A stretch of 64,000 nt of DNA from positions 800,001 through 864,000 of the forward strand of contig OZ244561.1 in assembly GCA_965217585.1 (NCBI GenBank), given 5' to 3'. Both the position numbers and the translations under genes were made by a program. The stretch is from Candidatus Latescibacterota bacterium (GTDB lineage: Bacteria > Latescibacterota > UBA2968 > UBA8231). Shown here one piece after another: positions 1 to 10,672 of this stretch. The notes under the pieces were generated by a model that worked only from the letters and a program-made list of their open reading frames with translations, searched no databases and was not told where the DNA came from. The number at the start of each line of letters is the position of its first letter. The stretch's first letter is position 1.

Positions 1-890
1 CACCGTCATTGAGCAAAATGACGGCACGCGCCGAGGTCTTGGAGTACAGCTCAGTCAACCATATATCCTCGTATCCATCCCCATCGACATCTCCTATACC
101 CAAGGGGATCGCCCTATCTGCATGTCGTGCCACCGACCATCCGGCCGGTGCATGCTCCAGTATGTCGAGTGAATGACCAAAGCCCACCACGAGTTCCATA
201 CGCTGATCGCCGCTTAGGTCGGCACCGACCAGCCTGGGTATGGGGCCGATTCTGGGAAATGGCTCTATGCGTACCTCGGGGGAGAAACGGCCCCCTTCAT
301 TAAACGCGCACAGCCAACCGGCCCTGCCGGAATTAGGCTTGGGATCCCAGTCTTCCCATACTGCTGCCATATCCATGTCGCCATCGCCATCCAGATCTCC
401 CAACTCGGCTACGGGCCTGCCGCGCTGTCCTATGTCCAATCCTTGCAGATCTAACGGGTAAAAGAGCGGTAGAGCAAAGAGCGTCCCGACAGGATGCGGC
501 TCTTCCCTTCTCGGCGGCGCGAACTCTGAGTCTGGCCTTTCCGCATGGGTCAACTCGATCCAATCAACTTCCACCGCCTCGGGGATTTCCCCCGGTCCCT
601 CCACAACCTTCGAATGGTTGAACAAAGACAGTTGAAGGCGTATTTCGATCAATTCATCTTCCCAGACGCGCCGATATACCTTCAGTCGTCTCCGAATGCA
701 GCGGTGCTCTAATTACTGCTCCCGAAGCGTCACTTTCCCAGGCCACCCAACCCTGGGCGTCGTCTTCCTGGGTAAAATCCCAAGTGAGGGCACCGAGGCG
801 CGAAGGATGTAGCAACCACAGGGCCACTAACGCGACCAATCCACCAGATCGCAACGCATATTTCACTGCCGATGCGGAGGGAGTAACCAT
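1..890 (-). pseudogene. Disrupted FG-GAP array paralog (copy G), runs off the window edge
   Basis: ORF 654..890 gives signal peptide + ALTWDF..QGWVAWE..LHSE..EGI. Another frame from ~667 reads VWEDELIEIRLQL..PEAVEVDWIELT..GDLDGDGDMDM.. and stays open towards base 1. About 110 codons present in the paralogs are missing, and one extra base shifts the frame near 670-680. Confidence 0.8.
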
Positions 891-990
891 AGAACAACCT
901 TCCTCTGAAGAGTTTAAAGTGAGTTAGGAGGGAAGTTATCTCAGGAAGCAGAGGCACAGCGCAGCACCGCCTAAAACACAGGAGGTCGAT

Positions 991-1533
991 TCATAGGGGG
1001 CTACCCGCAATCATTTTTTCTAGGTCCTCTGCTTGCTCTATCTGGCCCAGTTGACGGAAGATTTCCTGCGCCTGTTTCCAGTTCAATATCGCGTCGTAGC
1101 CCTTTCCCCAAGCCGAGTACATAGCGCCCAACCACACGTGAGCGGCAGCACAGGCCTCGTCGTTGCCCAGGCTCTTTTGGTAGATCAGGCATTTGCGGTA
1201 CATTTGCTCGGCGCGCTCGAACGAACCCTCGGCACAATACAGCTCGGCTAAGAGTCCCGCCTGCCAGGCAATGCCCTGCATATCCTCTATTTCTTCGAAC
1301 AACTGTAGCGATCGGTGCGCCATCTCGGTCGCGCGCTCGTGCGCTTGGCTCTTCTGATATACCACGCTCAGATAGCCGGCGGCGGCGGCTTGGTTGCGCT
1401 TGTGTCCCAAGCGCTCCTGCACGGACAGGGCTTTCCGATACATGGATTCGGCCTCGTCGAAGCGCTCTGTCTGAAGATAGATTTGTCCCAAGGTGCCGTA
1501 CTCTGACGCGCCGCGATACCCTGTAGCCGACAA
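991..1533 (-). CDS. TPR-repeat protein, probably a 5'-truncated fragment
   Basis: TPR helices (YGTLGQIY..AESMYRKAL; LAELY..AEQMYRKCL). The 5' end overlaps the upstream ORF in another frame. Confidence 0.65.
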   Translation of the reverse strand: MSATGYRGASEYGTLGQIYLQTERFDEAESMYRKALSVQERLGHKRNQAAAAGYLSVVYQKSQAHERATEMAHRSLQLFEEIEDMQGIAWQAGLLAELYCAEGSFERAEQMYRKCLIYQKSLGNDEACAAAHVWLGAMYSAWGKGYDAILNWKQAQEIFRQLGQIEQAEDLEKMIAGSPL

Positions 1534-2672
1534 AGGGCGATAAACGCATTGGATAGTGTTATGCAGTGGCCGCCGCTATCGTTCAATACCACGTGGATAG
1601 AAGAGGCCAGATCCTGCGATTGCTCTTTGGTTTTTTTAAAGCGCTTGACCCCGACCAATTGGGCGTACATGCGACGCGCCTTTTCCAACGGATCTTCCAC
1701 GCCGTCCAGGTCCAGTTCGGCAAAAAAGTTTTTGACTACCGCTTCTCGCGCCAGCTTTGGGTCGATTTCGCTGTAGCGGCGGTATTCGCAGGCCGACAGC
1801 GAAGCCGAGGCCGTTGGGCCTATGCGGCCCTGCACGGTCAACTCACAGGTGTAAGAAAAATCCACCGAGGCTGAAGCGGCCTCTTCCACCTGGATGGGAT
1901 AGCCGTAGAAAAAACCGGCCTGCGGCACCAAGCAAGTTCGCAGGTCGTCTGGCACACAGGCGCGCAACTCGATATCCCCCTGATGCGGACTGGGGATGGG
2001 ATAGGGCAGAAAGAGCTGGGCCTTGGTGTCTGGCGGCAAGGTCGGTGGGTAGAGCCGATAGGTATAGGTGAGGCGGTAGCGCTGACGATCCCGATGCAGT
2101 GCGATGTGGCCATTGGCGTGCTGGAAAAAATGGCGGCGTCTCTCTTCGAGGGCGCGATAATCGCTTTCAAAAAACGCGGGCTCGTGGTCGTAGAGCCAGT
2201 TCCAGGAAGCGGCCCGATCAAAGGCGATTCGGCTGCCCTCTCGGGTGTGCGGCATACCGCGACTCAGGTTGCGGTGGAGCAAGGTGCGGATCGCCTCGAC
2301 GTCGAGGTCGGTCGGGGTGCTCAAGTTGAGAGAGTGGACAAATTCGGGCTCCGACATCAGGTAGGCCGTCCCTATGTGATGGGCGGAATGCTGGCCTACA
2401 AAAAAGGCGTCGACCGCGTACACCTGAAAGCCCTCGGCGGCGATTCGGGCAGCGTGGGGTCCCATCCCGGCGAATTCGACGGGGTAGCCGCGCGCCCGCA
2501 GCGCTCGTCCCACGACCAGCGGCCGGATGGTGTGGGCTAGGCTGTAGCCGTGGAAAAAGATCAGTACGGGACACTCGTGGTGCGGTAGGCGCTCGATCGT
2601 GCCGGCCCGTTGCAGGCGGACGCTCAAATGCTGCAAGCCAGCCGCTAAGTTTTGGCGCAATGTCTCTAGCAT
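1368..2672 (-). pseudogene. Mosaic ORF: GT-B glycosyltransferase N-terminal fragment fused to a truncated transglutaminase-like domain
   Basis: FFHGYSLAHTIRPLVVGRALRARGYPVEFAG resembles a GT1/GT28 N-terminus. A second likely start (MSEPEF) lies at 2357. The GGHCITLSNAFIALCRLQGIAAR transglutaminase Cys motif is not followed by a His/Asp segment. Confidence 0.55.
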
Positions 2673-2693
2673 GTCAGATTCAGATTCGTGCGT

Positions 2694-4793
2694 CTAGTCG
2701 AGTTTGACCATCTTGCGGATGCGCGTCTGTTCGCCCATCTGAAGCCGATACAGATAGACCCCAGCGGCGACAGGCTGCCCCTGCCCGTCCCGGCCATCCC
2801 AAGTCAGCCGGTGTTCGCCCGCCGCCAGCGGACCTGCCCACACTTGGCGCACCGGCTGACCCAACACGTTGTAGATGGCCAACCGCACCGCCTCAGTTCC
2901 GGCCGGCACGGATAGGGGGATGGTCGTGGCTGGATTGAACGGGTTGGGGTAGTTGGAACCCAAGCGAAAGGCCGAGGGTACCGCCACCTCGCTGGCCACG
3001 GCCGTAATCGGGGTGCCCTGGTTGATATAGACGAACACGCCGCCGGGACCGCCTTCAATACTGAGTCCCAGCACGACCAGATCGTCGTCGCCATCGCCGT
3101 CCACATCGCCAGCGAGCACCTGGGTGCCCGTGCCCGGCAGGGGATAGCGCCCTTCGACGACGGGCACCCCGTCGCGCTGGCCCACCAGCACCACCAGCGC
3201 CGGACCCGTGAGCAAGTTGCGATCAACCAAGGTCAAATCCAGCAGACCATCGCCGGTCAGGTCACTGGCCGTGGCCGCATGCGAAGGAAATACCTGCAAG
3301 TCGAGTAGGGAGTGGTGTGCCAACACGCCCGATTCATCCAGACGCCACAGGTCCAATCCGTGGTGGCTGGTATCGCCGTATAAGTTTCGCTTGGGAGAGC
3401 CGAGTACATCCACCGCCCCATCGCCCTCCAGATCGACGAGCAGGTGCAGATTACACGGATTGATCGCCGCCTCGAAAAACAGCGGCGGCTCCGCGCTGGC
3501 CGCCCACGGCCGGGTCAATTGCCAAGTCCCCTGGGGCTGATAGCAGGCTCGGTTCCATAACAGGCGTACAGCTTGGCCCAGCGGTTGCCCGGCGGGTAGA
3601 TAGGGGAAGCGCCGCACCTTGCCGTCGAGGACGAACCGATGGCTGCGGACAAAACCGTCAGCGCTATCGTTAAGCCACAGGATTGCGTGGGACGATTCGT
3701 CGTCATCTATGACCAACAGGTCCACCTCGCCATCGCCATCGCCATCGGCCAAGCCAACGAACTCGACACCGGACAGTTGCAGGATGGTTGCAAAGCCGTC
3801 CTCGCCTTGGTTGTGCCACAGTTCGATATTCGGACCTTCGTTAAGGACCAAGTCCAAGAGCCCATCCCCGTCGAAATCGCTCCCCCAGAGCCCCCAAATG
3901 ACAGTGCTTGAACTCGTGAACTGTCGGGTGGGGACAAAGCCACCCAACCCGTCGTTGGACGCCACCATCCAGCCCAATACTTCTTCTCCGGTGTCCGTAT
4001 AGCGCTCCCAGACTGCCACTAGATCCACATCGCCATCGCCGTCCACATCGCCCAAAGCGCCCCTCGATTGTCTCAGAAAGCCTCTGACCCCGATGCCCTC
4101 GCCGAGGGGGAAAAAGCTAGGCGCAGCGAATAACGCACTGGACAACCCCGCCTCGAGCACGACCTCCCGAGGCGGCAATTCCCCCAACAGCAACTCCTCC
4201 GTCCCCGTCAGTTGAATCCAGTCCACTTCTACAAAGTCGGGATAGTCATCCGGGCCCTCAGCGTCGTAGTTTAACTCCAAGTCGAGCTGAAAATTAAAGA
4301 GGGTGTCCTGCCAGATGAGCTCCGCTTCTGGGTCCGCAGCCAGAGCGCGTATATCTATCGTGATGTCTTCCCATTCGGTGGGATAGAGTTGCCAACGGCC
4401 TGTAACAAACCTTGACTCCCAGAAATCGGATGGGTCCGCTGCCCTGATGCGTCTGGCCTCGGAGTTGAACCACCATATCTGGAGTCCCCCTGGGGTGGGG
4501 CGATGGTGGATGATGCGTAGCCGTAGGGTGACCCGATCGAATAGGGCTGAGTCTTCCTCAATCAGCGGCGAGTGCAATCGAATGGACGACAAAGAGCCCG
4601 GCACCGGCGCAATGCGCCAAATGCCGTCGGCCACTTCGCTGCGCACCGTGTTGAGAGCCGGTACACTTCGACGGCCGAGGAAACCTTCCTGGGCCGTCCA
4701 ACCCCAGGTGGTATCCTCGGTGAAGTCCCACGTTAAGGCACTCCCCCCCCGTGGAGCCGCCAACAACAAGATGGCCAAGAACATGCCGCGCAT
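2694..4793 (-). CDS. Secreted FG-GAP/VCBS propeller protein with N-terminal CBM-like domain and C-terminal FlgD-Ig (T9SS-CTD-like) domain, copy F
   Basis: Signal peptide, ALTWDF motif, six D-x-D/N-G-D-G-x-x-D-L type motifs, and tail NYPNPFNP..WDGRD..GVYLYRL..RKMVKLD. Confidence 0.9.
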   Translation of the reverse strand: MRGMFLAILLLAAPRGGSALTWDFTEDTTWGWTAQEGFLGRRSVPALNTVRSEVADGIWRIAPVPGSLSSIRLHSPLIEEDSALFDRVTLRLRIIHHRPTPGGLQIWWFNSEARRIRAADPSDFWESRFVTGRWQLYPTEWEDITIDIRALAADPEAELIWQDTLFNFQLDLELNYDAEGPDDYPDFVEVDWIQLTGTEELLLGELPPREVVLEAGLSSALFAAPSFFPLGEGIGVRGFLRQSRGALGDVDGDGDVDLVAVWERYTDTGEEVLGWMVASNDGLGGFVPTRQFTSSSTVIWGLWGSDFDGDGLLDLVLNEGPNIELWHNQGEDGFATILQLSGVEFVGLADGDGDGEVDLLVIDDDESSHAILWLNDSADGFVRSHRFVLDGKVRRFPYLPAGQPLGQAVRLLWNRACYQPQGTWQLTRPWAASAEPPLFFEAAINPCNLHLLVDLEGDGAVDVLGSPKRNLYGDTSHHGLDLWRLDESGVLAHHSLLDLQVFPSHAATASDLTGDGLLDLTLVDRNLLTGPALVVLVGQRDGVPVVEGRYPLPGTGTQVLAGDVDGDGDDDLVVLGLSIEGGPGGVFVYINQGTPITAVASEVAVPSAFRLGSNYPNPFNPATTIPLSVPAGTEAVRLAIYNVLGQPVRQVWAGPLAAGEHRLTWDGRDGQGQPVAAGVYLYRLQMGEQTRIRKMVKLD

Positions 4794-4849
4794 AATGCAC
4801 CTCCAAAGTCATAGGGACAGTTTATATCCCTCACCTCTAGCTCTATCGT

Positions 4850-6982
4850 CTAGTCGAGTTTGACCATCTTGCGGACGCGCGTCTGCTCGCCCACCTGCAG
4901 CCGATACAGATAAACCCCAGCGGCTACAGACTGTCCCAGCTCATCCCGGCCATCCCAGCCCAGCCGATGCTCGCCCGCCGCTAGCGGACCAGCCCACACC
5001 TGGCGCACTGGCTGCCCCAGCACATTGTAGATAGCTAATTCCACGTCCTCAGCTCCGGCTGGCACTATCAGGGGAATGATCGTGCTCGAATTAAACGGGT
5101 TGGGATAGTTGGCTCCCAAGCTAAAGGCCAAAGGCTGCACTGCCTCGCTGGCCATAGCCGTGACCGGAGCGCGCTGGTTGATAAAGACAAAGACGCCATC
5201 GTTGCCCGCACCCGGCTCCACCCCCTCCCCAGCTTCCGCACTGATACCCAGCACCACCAGATCATCGACCCCATCGCCATCCACATCGCCCGCCAGCACC
5301 TGCCGGCCCTTGCCTAGCAGCGGGTAGCGCCCTTCGAGCACGGGCACCCCGTCGCGCTGGCCCAGCAACACCACCAGCGCCGGACCGGTCGCCAAGTTGA
5401 TATCGACCAGGGCCACGTCGAGCAGCCCATCGCCGTTCAGGTCCCGGGCGATGCCCCTAGCCGAAAAGAAGACCTCGGAGTCGAACAGGGTGTGGTGAGC
5501 CACCACGCCCGACGCATCGAGGCGCCACAGTTCCAACCCGTGGTAGGTGTTGAAGTAGACGCGGGGACGTAGATTCCGCTCCGGGGAGCCGAGTAGATCC
5601 ACATGGCCATTGCCATCTAGATCGGCCAGCAGGTGTAGGGCGCACGGGTTGACCGCGGCCTCAAAGAAAAGCGCCGGCTCCGGCTGGGCCGCCCACGGAC
5701 GGCTCAGCCGCCAAGGGCCCAGAGGCTGGCCGCACCGTCGGTTCCACAACAGGCGCACGGCCTCGCCGGGGGGTTGGCCGGCGGGCAGGACGGGTACATA
5801 GCCGTTCAGAACCAACCGATCCCCCTGGACAAAGCCACCCTCGCCGTCGTTGGCCCACAACGTCGCGGAGGACGTCGCGTCCTCCCACTCGCCTTCTTCT
5901 GCTGCTACCACCAGATCCACATCGCCATCGCCGTCGCCATCGACCAGACCGATCAGCCGGACGCCAAAGGGCAGGTGCAGGATGGGTTCAAAACCGGCCT
6001 CGCCCCGGTTGAGCCACAGTTCGGTGATCAGACCCTCCGTAAGGACCAGATCCAGCAGCCCATCGCCGTTGAAGTCGTGGCCCTTGAGCTGAAATAAAGA
6101 GGCTTGGCGCGGGATCCGTTGGGTCGGCCTAAAGCGACCCTGCCCGTCGTTAGACGCCACCGTCAAGCGCATTTGATCGGCAACCAAGAGGTCTTCTTGA
6201 TGGACAGACACGGCCGTCACCAGATCCACATCCCCATCGCCGTCCACATCGCCCAACGCGCCATATGAGAAGAACGGGATCCCTGAATTGTCAACTCCTC
6301 CACCTAAGGGCGAAAAGACGGGATCGGCCAACAGCACGCCGGGCCGCCCCGACCCCACCGCCACCTCCCGAGGCGACAACTCCCCCAGCACCAACTCTTC
6401 GGTCCCCGTCAATTGAATCCAGTCCACTTCTAAAAAGTCGGGAAAGTCCTCCGGCCCCTCAGCATAGCTGTTTAACCCTAGGTATAGCTCAAAGTGAAAG
6501 AGAGTGTCTTGCCAAGCGAGACCCTCTTGGTCTAGCGCGATGGTGATGTCTTGCCATTCAGTAGTAAAGACGGGACCGGGACGAGGAGTCACTATATAAC
6601 CCGGTACTATGAATTCGTTCATTTCATAGAGGCGTCTGCGCTCGGCATTGAACCACGACATCTGGAGCCACCCCTCGGTAGGGCTATGGTGTATCAGACG
6701 CAGCCGGAGAGTGACGTGGTCGAACAGAGCCGAGTCTTCGCCGATCCACGGCGAAAGCAATTCAATGCTAGGGTACCGAGAGCCTGGTGCCGGTGCAATG
6801 CGCCACACGCCGTCGGCAACCTCGCTGTGCACCGTCGTCGTCGTTGCCGTACCACCCATACTGGCACCGGCCCCCTCCTGTGCCGCCCAGCCCCAAGTGG
6901 TCTCCTCGGCGAAATCCCACGTTAAGGCGAAAACCCCGGGTGCAGCCGCCAACAACAAAATGGCCAAGAACATGCCGCGCAT
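4850..6982 (-). CDS. Secreted FG-GAP + FlgD-Ig protein, copy E
   Basis: Same architecture and motifs as 2694..4793. GGAGG RBS upstream. Confidence 0.9.
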   Translation of the reverse strand: MRGMFLAILLLAAAPGVFALTWDFAEETTWGWAAQEGAGASMGGTATTTTVHSEVADGVWRIAPAPGSRYPSIELLSPWIGEDSALFDHVTLRLRLIHHSPTEGWLQMSWFNAERRRLYEMNEFIVPGYIVTPRPGPVFTTEWQDITIALDQEGLAWQDTLFHFELYLGLNSYAEGPEDFPDFLEVDWIQLTGTEELVLGELSPREVAVGSGRPGVLLADPVFSPLGGGVDNSGIPFFSYGALGDVDGDGDVDLVTAVSVHQEDLLVADQMRLTVASNDGQGRFRPTQRIPRQASLFQLKGHDFNGDGLLDLVLTEGLITELWLNRGEAGFEPILHLPFGVRLIGLVDGDGDGDVDLVVAAEEGEWEDATSSATLWANDGEGGFVQGDRLVLNGYVPVLPAGQPPGEAVRLLWNRRCGQPLGPWRLSRPWAAQPEPALFFEAAVNPCALHLLADLDGNGHVDLLGSPERNLRPRVYFNTYHGLELWRLDASGVVAHHTLFDSEVFFSARGIARDLNGDGLLDVALVDINLATGPALVVLLGQRDGVPVLEGRYPLLGKGRQVLAGDVDGDGVDDLVVLGISAEAGEGVEPGAGNDGVFVFINQRAPVTAMASEAVQPLAFSLGANYPNPFNSSTIIPLIVPAGAEDVELAIYNVLGQPVRQVWAGPLAAGEHRLGWDGRDELGQSVAAGVYLYRLQVGEQTRVRKMVKLD

Positions 6983-7028
6983 AATGCACCTCCCGAGTTT
7001 GTGATCGTGCGGTTTAGCCTTGCGTTGC

Positions 7029-8387
7029 TCACTCCACCGCCACCAATTGCTGCGCCAAAGAGCCTTCCCGCGTCAAGGCATACACCAAGATGTTGACGCC
7101 GAGGTCATAGGCCGGGAACTCGTCCGCGACGGCGACAAAACGACCGAGAATGCTGCGGGCTCGATCCCACTCGCGTTGCCGCTCGGCCTCGCCCCCCCAC
7201 ATATCTGGGTAGCGCTTTTGCGAATAGAGCCCCACTAGACGGCCATCGACCTCAATGCCCTCCAGGTAATTGGGCGACGGTTCGGCGCGGCCCGCAGTGG
7301 CAGTGTTCCAATACCAGTCGCTGAGGTCCCAGAAGCCCCGCGGCAGGGTGTCGATGTCGTAGAAGCAATGATAGAGCGGGTGCTCCGGCAGCAGCCGCAC
7401 AAAAGCCCAATCTTTGCCCTCGGCGTAGCCTATCTGCGCAAAGGCCTGGCGGATGAAATCGCGCAACGCCGGCAGATCGTGCACAAGGCCCTCGCCGATT
7501 TCTAGGGGCACAGAGACGATATCCGTATAGAGGAACCCCCCGGACGTCAGGTAGCGCCCCAGATTTTTCGCTTCGGCCTGAGTGAACGCCACCTCGTAGT
7601 TGATCGTCAGCAGCAGAAACGGCACTTGCAGCAGGCGCGGATCGTCCAAGTCAATGCCGTCGAGCACTTGGGTGCGCACGCCCGTGCGCTGGCTCATTTT
7701 GTCGGCCAGTCCCCGCAGGGTGCGCCGCTCGGCGACGCTCCGCCGGACAAAACCGCTGCGCGGCATCACTGCGGATTCGGCGCGCTCGAGGGCTTCGCTG
7801 TGGACACCCGATAGGTAGAGGAAGCCCTTGAGCGCGCGCCGGTCGCGTGGATCAACGACCACTAACGCCCGATGGCGACCCGTGTCGAGGGCATCCACGT
7901 CGAGCAATTCCATGTTCAGGTCGATCTCTTCTGCTTCCTGGTGGACCCCCTTTACGACGCCCGTGCGCATCTGAGGACCGATGTGTTGCGTCGGCGGGAG
8001 AGAAGAAGTAACCGTCGGCAAAACAGGGGGCGGAGCCTCGGTGACGGTTAGGGGTATGGACATGCCCTGACGCAGGTTGCGGCGGGTGGTTAAGGGGGCG
8101 GGGCGGACCGCGGCCACGGGGGTCGGTCGCACCGCTGGACGGCGCACCAGAGGTCTTTGTATCTGCGGGGACACCTGCCGACGAGCTAGGAGGCGGCGGT
8201 CGGGCGGTGGGCTTTTGTCAAATTTCAATAATATGGGTCGCCGGTGCTCTAGCGGCTGGTCGGCGCTCCAGAGGAAGAGCAAGGATAGATGGAGCACCGC
8301 AGAGAGCCCGATGAATCCGGCGATGCGGAGACGCTGGGGGGATCGGGGCATAGTCGGTTTAGACTTTTCTCGTCTAAGTGTAAACAT
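7029..8387 (-). CDS. DUF4159-like protein with N-terminal membrane anchor and Pro-rich linker
   Basis: IGLSAVLHLSLLFLW anchor, Pro/Arg-rich stalk, then EAKNLGRYLTSGGFLY, HPLYHCFYD, LEGIEVDGRL and GVNILVYALT motifs typical of DUF4159. Confidence 0.7.
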   Translation of the reverse strand: MFTLRREKSKPTMPRSPQRLRIAGFIGLSAVLHLSLLFLWSADQPLEHRRPILLKFDKSPPPDRRLLARRQVSPQIQRPLVRRPAVRPTPVAAVRPAPLTTRRNLRQGMSIPLTVTEAPPPVLPTVTSSLPPTQHIGPQMRTGVVKGVHQEAEEIDLNMELLDVDALDTGRHRALVVVDPRDRRALKGFLYLSGVHSEALERAESAVMPRSGFVRRSVAERRTLRGLADKMSQRTGVRTQVLDGIDLDDPRLLQVPFLLLTINYEVAFTQAEAKNLGRYLTSGGFLYTDIVSVPLEIGEGLVHDLPALRDFIRQAFAQIGYAEGKDWAFVRLLPEHPLYHCFYDIDTLPRGFWDLSDWYWNTATAGRAEPSPNYLEGIEVDGRLVGLYSQKRYPDMWGGEAERQREWDRARSILGRFVAVADEFPAYDLGVNILVYALTREGSLAQQLVAVE

Positions 8388-8422
8388 CTAATAGCGCTAG
8401 CGTTGTCGGTGGGTCGGGGCGT

Positions 8423-10579
8423 CTATTCGAGTTTGACCATCTTGCGAGTGCGCGTCTGGTCGCCCACATGTAACCGATACAAATAGACCCCAGCGGCGAC
8501 GGGTTGGCCCCACTCGTCCCGGCTATCCCAAGTCAGCCGGTGCGAACCGGCCGCCAGTGGACCAGCCCACAATTGGCGCACCGGCTGCCCCAACGTGTTG
8601 TAGATGGTTAAGTCCACATCGCCGGCTCCAGCGGATACCGTAAAGGGGATGGTCGTGGCCGGATTGAACGGGTTGGGGTAATTGGCACCAAGGACAAACG
8701 AAACCGGCTGATATCCCCCTATTGTTTCGGCGACTGCCGTGGCCTCGTCCGAAGTAGTGTTGAGCAGCACATGCACTCCTCCTCCCCCTACAGCAGCCGA
8801 CTCCGACACTACTATATCTACATCGTCATCGCCGTCTAGGTCGCCGGCAGCGATGCTCCCACCCGGTCCACTGAGAGGGTAGTAGCCCTCCTGTCGTGGT
8901 GGACCGTTCTCCTGACCTAGGTGAACCACGACGCCGGGATGGCGAAAATCGCTGTTGACGAAAACCAAATCGAGCCGACCGTCGCCGTTCAGGTCTCGGG
9001 ACAGGACCCTGCCGACGAGGACCACGTCCCGGTGTAACCGCATCTCCTCCAAGCCCCCATCGTCCGTGTTGATCCCTAGGGTCAGCCCTTTGAACATCGG
9101 ATTATTATCAAAAATTTTCACATCGGCCGTGGCCCAATCCACATCCCCGTCCCGGTCAAAATCTCCCACATAGCGGAGCAGGCTAGACTGTTCAAGATGG
9201 TCTATCCGAACGGGGAGAGACCTAATCTCCAGCTCTCCGACCGCATTGATATGCGTCGTCTTGTAGCCCGCCCCCGGATTGTCAAAAGGCGGCCGCCACA
9301 ACATACCTGGCACTTGGCTCACGCCTATCGCCTCTATGAACCGGGACGGCTGAAACCCCATCTGTGGGCTCAGCGACAGGCTATTCTGCGAGCCAAATTG
9401 GCCCGTGCCGTCGTTTAACAGCACCAGCACGTCGGCGTCGTCAAAGCCAAAGTTCATGAGGCCCCACATATCTTCGTAGCCATCTCCATTAATGTCCGCC
9501 AAGGCAAAAGACGAAAAGGTTTTGTAGTCGAAAAAGAAAGAGCCTAACTCTTCTTCAGTGAAACCCTCTGCGCCATAATTGACGAGCACCTCGATGGTCG
9601 CTCCGTTTGACACCACGATATCTAACAACCCGTCTCTATTGATATCGCCACCGTTTATGCGTGACCACCCCCTCGGTGTTGGCACCGTCTTCGCATACCC
9701 GTATGAAAATCCGCCTGAACCGTCTCCAAACGCGACGAGCCAGCCTTTTCTTACCTTTGCAACCCACTGGGCAACCAAGTCTATCGTCCCGTTCCCGTCC
9801 ACATCACCCAGCAACGGTGCAAATTGTGTACTCGGTCGCACCTCCAGAGGATGGAAAGTGGGCGAGTTAAACAAGCGGCCAAAGGAGGCGGACAACTCTA
9901 CTGCGGGCGGCGGCAGTTCGCCCTGGATCAGCTCTTCCACGCCCGTCAACTGTATCCAGTCGATCTCCACGGCCTCCGGCACCTCGTCTGCTCCCTGCAC
10001 CAAGGCATTCTCTGAGCCCGCTGTAGATAGCTGTAGATCGATCCGTATGTCGTCCAATGCCCCTTCCCATAAGATGTTGACCAACCTGCCGCTCAATTCG
10101 GAGGGCCTCGTCTCCAAATCTGCGTAGACGATCTCCTGCCAGTCCGTGGTATAGACATGCTGCTGGAAAACCCAGAAGAAGACATTCCGATCTACTTGTT
10201 CACGAGGTTCCCAACCAGGGGTCAAGCGATTGTGCGCATTGGTCCAGTGGAGTTGAGAACTACCAAAAATCGGGTCGGTATGCACCACGCGAAGACGCAC
10301 CCGGACCCGATCAAACAGACCGGAATCCTGCCCGATAAGAGGAGAGACTAACTGGAGCGACGGATTGCGCCCACGCTCAAAGGGGGGTATATCAATGCGC
10401 CAGACCCCATCGCTCACTTCTGAGCGCAAGTGGGCTAGAGTATTCGTAGGGACGTCCGAGTAGAAGCTTTCGCGGGCGGTCCAACCTTGGGTGTCTCCTG
10501 CTGCGTCGAATTCCCAGGTTATAGCGCCAGCGCGGGGAATTTGAGTGGCGAGGAACAGAACCGCGAATAGAACTTTCAT
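8423..10579 (-). CDS. Divergent secreted FG-GAP + FlgD-Ig protein, copy D
   Basis: AITWEF..QGWTARE, SPLIGQDSGLFDRV, EIDWIQLTG, FG-GAP motifs and an FlgD tail ending RKMVKLE. Confidence 0.9.
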   Translation of the reverse strand: MKVLFAVLFLATQIPRAGAITWEFDAAGDTQGWTARESFYSDVPTNTLAHLRSEVSDGVWRIDIPPFERGRNPSLQLVSPLIGQDSGLFDRVRVRLRVVHTDPIFGSSQLHWTNAHNRLTPGWEPREQVDRNVFFWVFQQHVYTTDWQEIVYADLETRPSELSGRLVNILWEGALDDIRIDLQLSTAGSENALVQGADEVPEAVEIDWIQLTGVEELIQGELPPPAVELSASFGRLFNSPTFHPLEVRPSTQFAPLLGDVDGNGTIDLVAQWVAKVRKGWLVAFGDGSGGFSYGYAKTVPTPRGWSRINGGDINRDGLLDIVVSNGATIEVLVNYGAEGFTEEELGSFFFDYKTFSSFALADINGDGYEDMWGLMNFGFDDADVLVLLNDGTGQFGSQNSLSLSPQMGFQPSRFIEAIGVSQVPGMLWRPPFDNPGAGYKTTHINAVGELEIRSLPVRIDHLEQSSLLRYVGDFDRDGDVDWATADVKIFDNNPMFKGLTLGINTDDGGLEEMRLHRDVVLVGRVLSRDLNGDGRLDLVFVNSDFRHPGVVVHLGQENGPPRQEGYYPLSGPGGSIAAGDLDGDDDVDIVVSESAAVGGGGVHVLLNTTSDEATAVAETIGGYQPVSFVLGANYPNPFNPATTIPFTVSAGAGDVDLTIYNTLGQPVRQLWAGPLAAGSHRLTWDSRDEWGQPVAAGVYLYRLHVGDQTRTRKMVKLE

Positions 10580-10672
10580 CCTTTTACTCCTAATTGCACT
10601 ACTTCGGTCACAGTATAGTCGAGCTTAGACCTCAAAGGTCAACAACAGACGAATCCTCTTAGGTCAGGGCGT

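Noticed and set aside
10612-10642. sigma70 promoter for copy D (TTGACC..TATACT, minus strand)
   Set aside because: The 19-bp spacer is too long to call with confidence.
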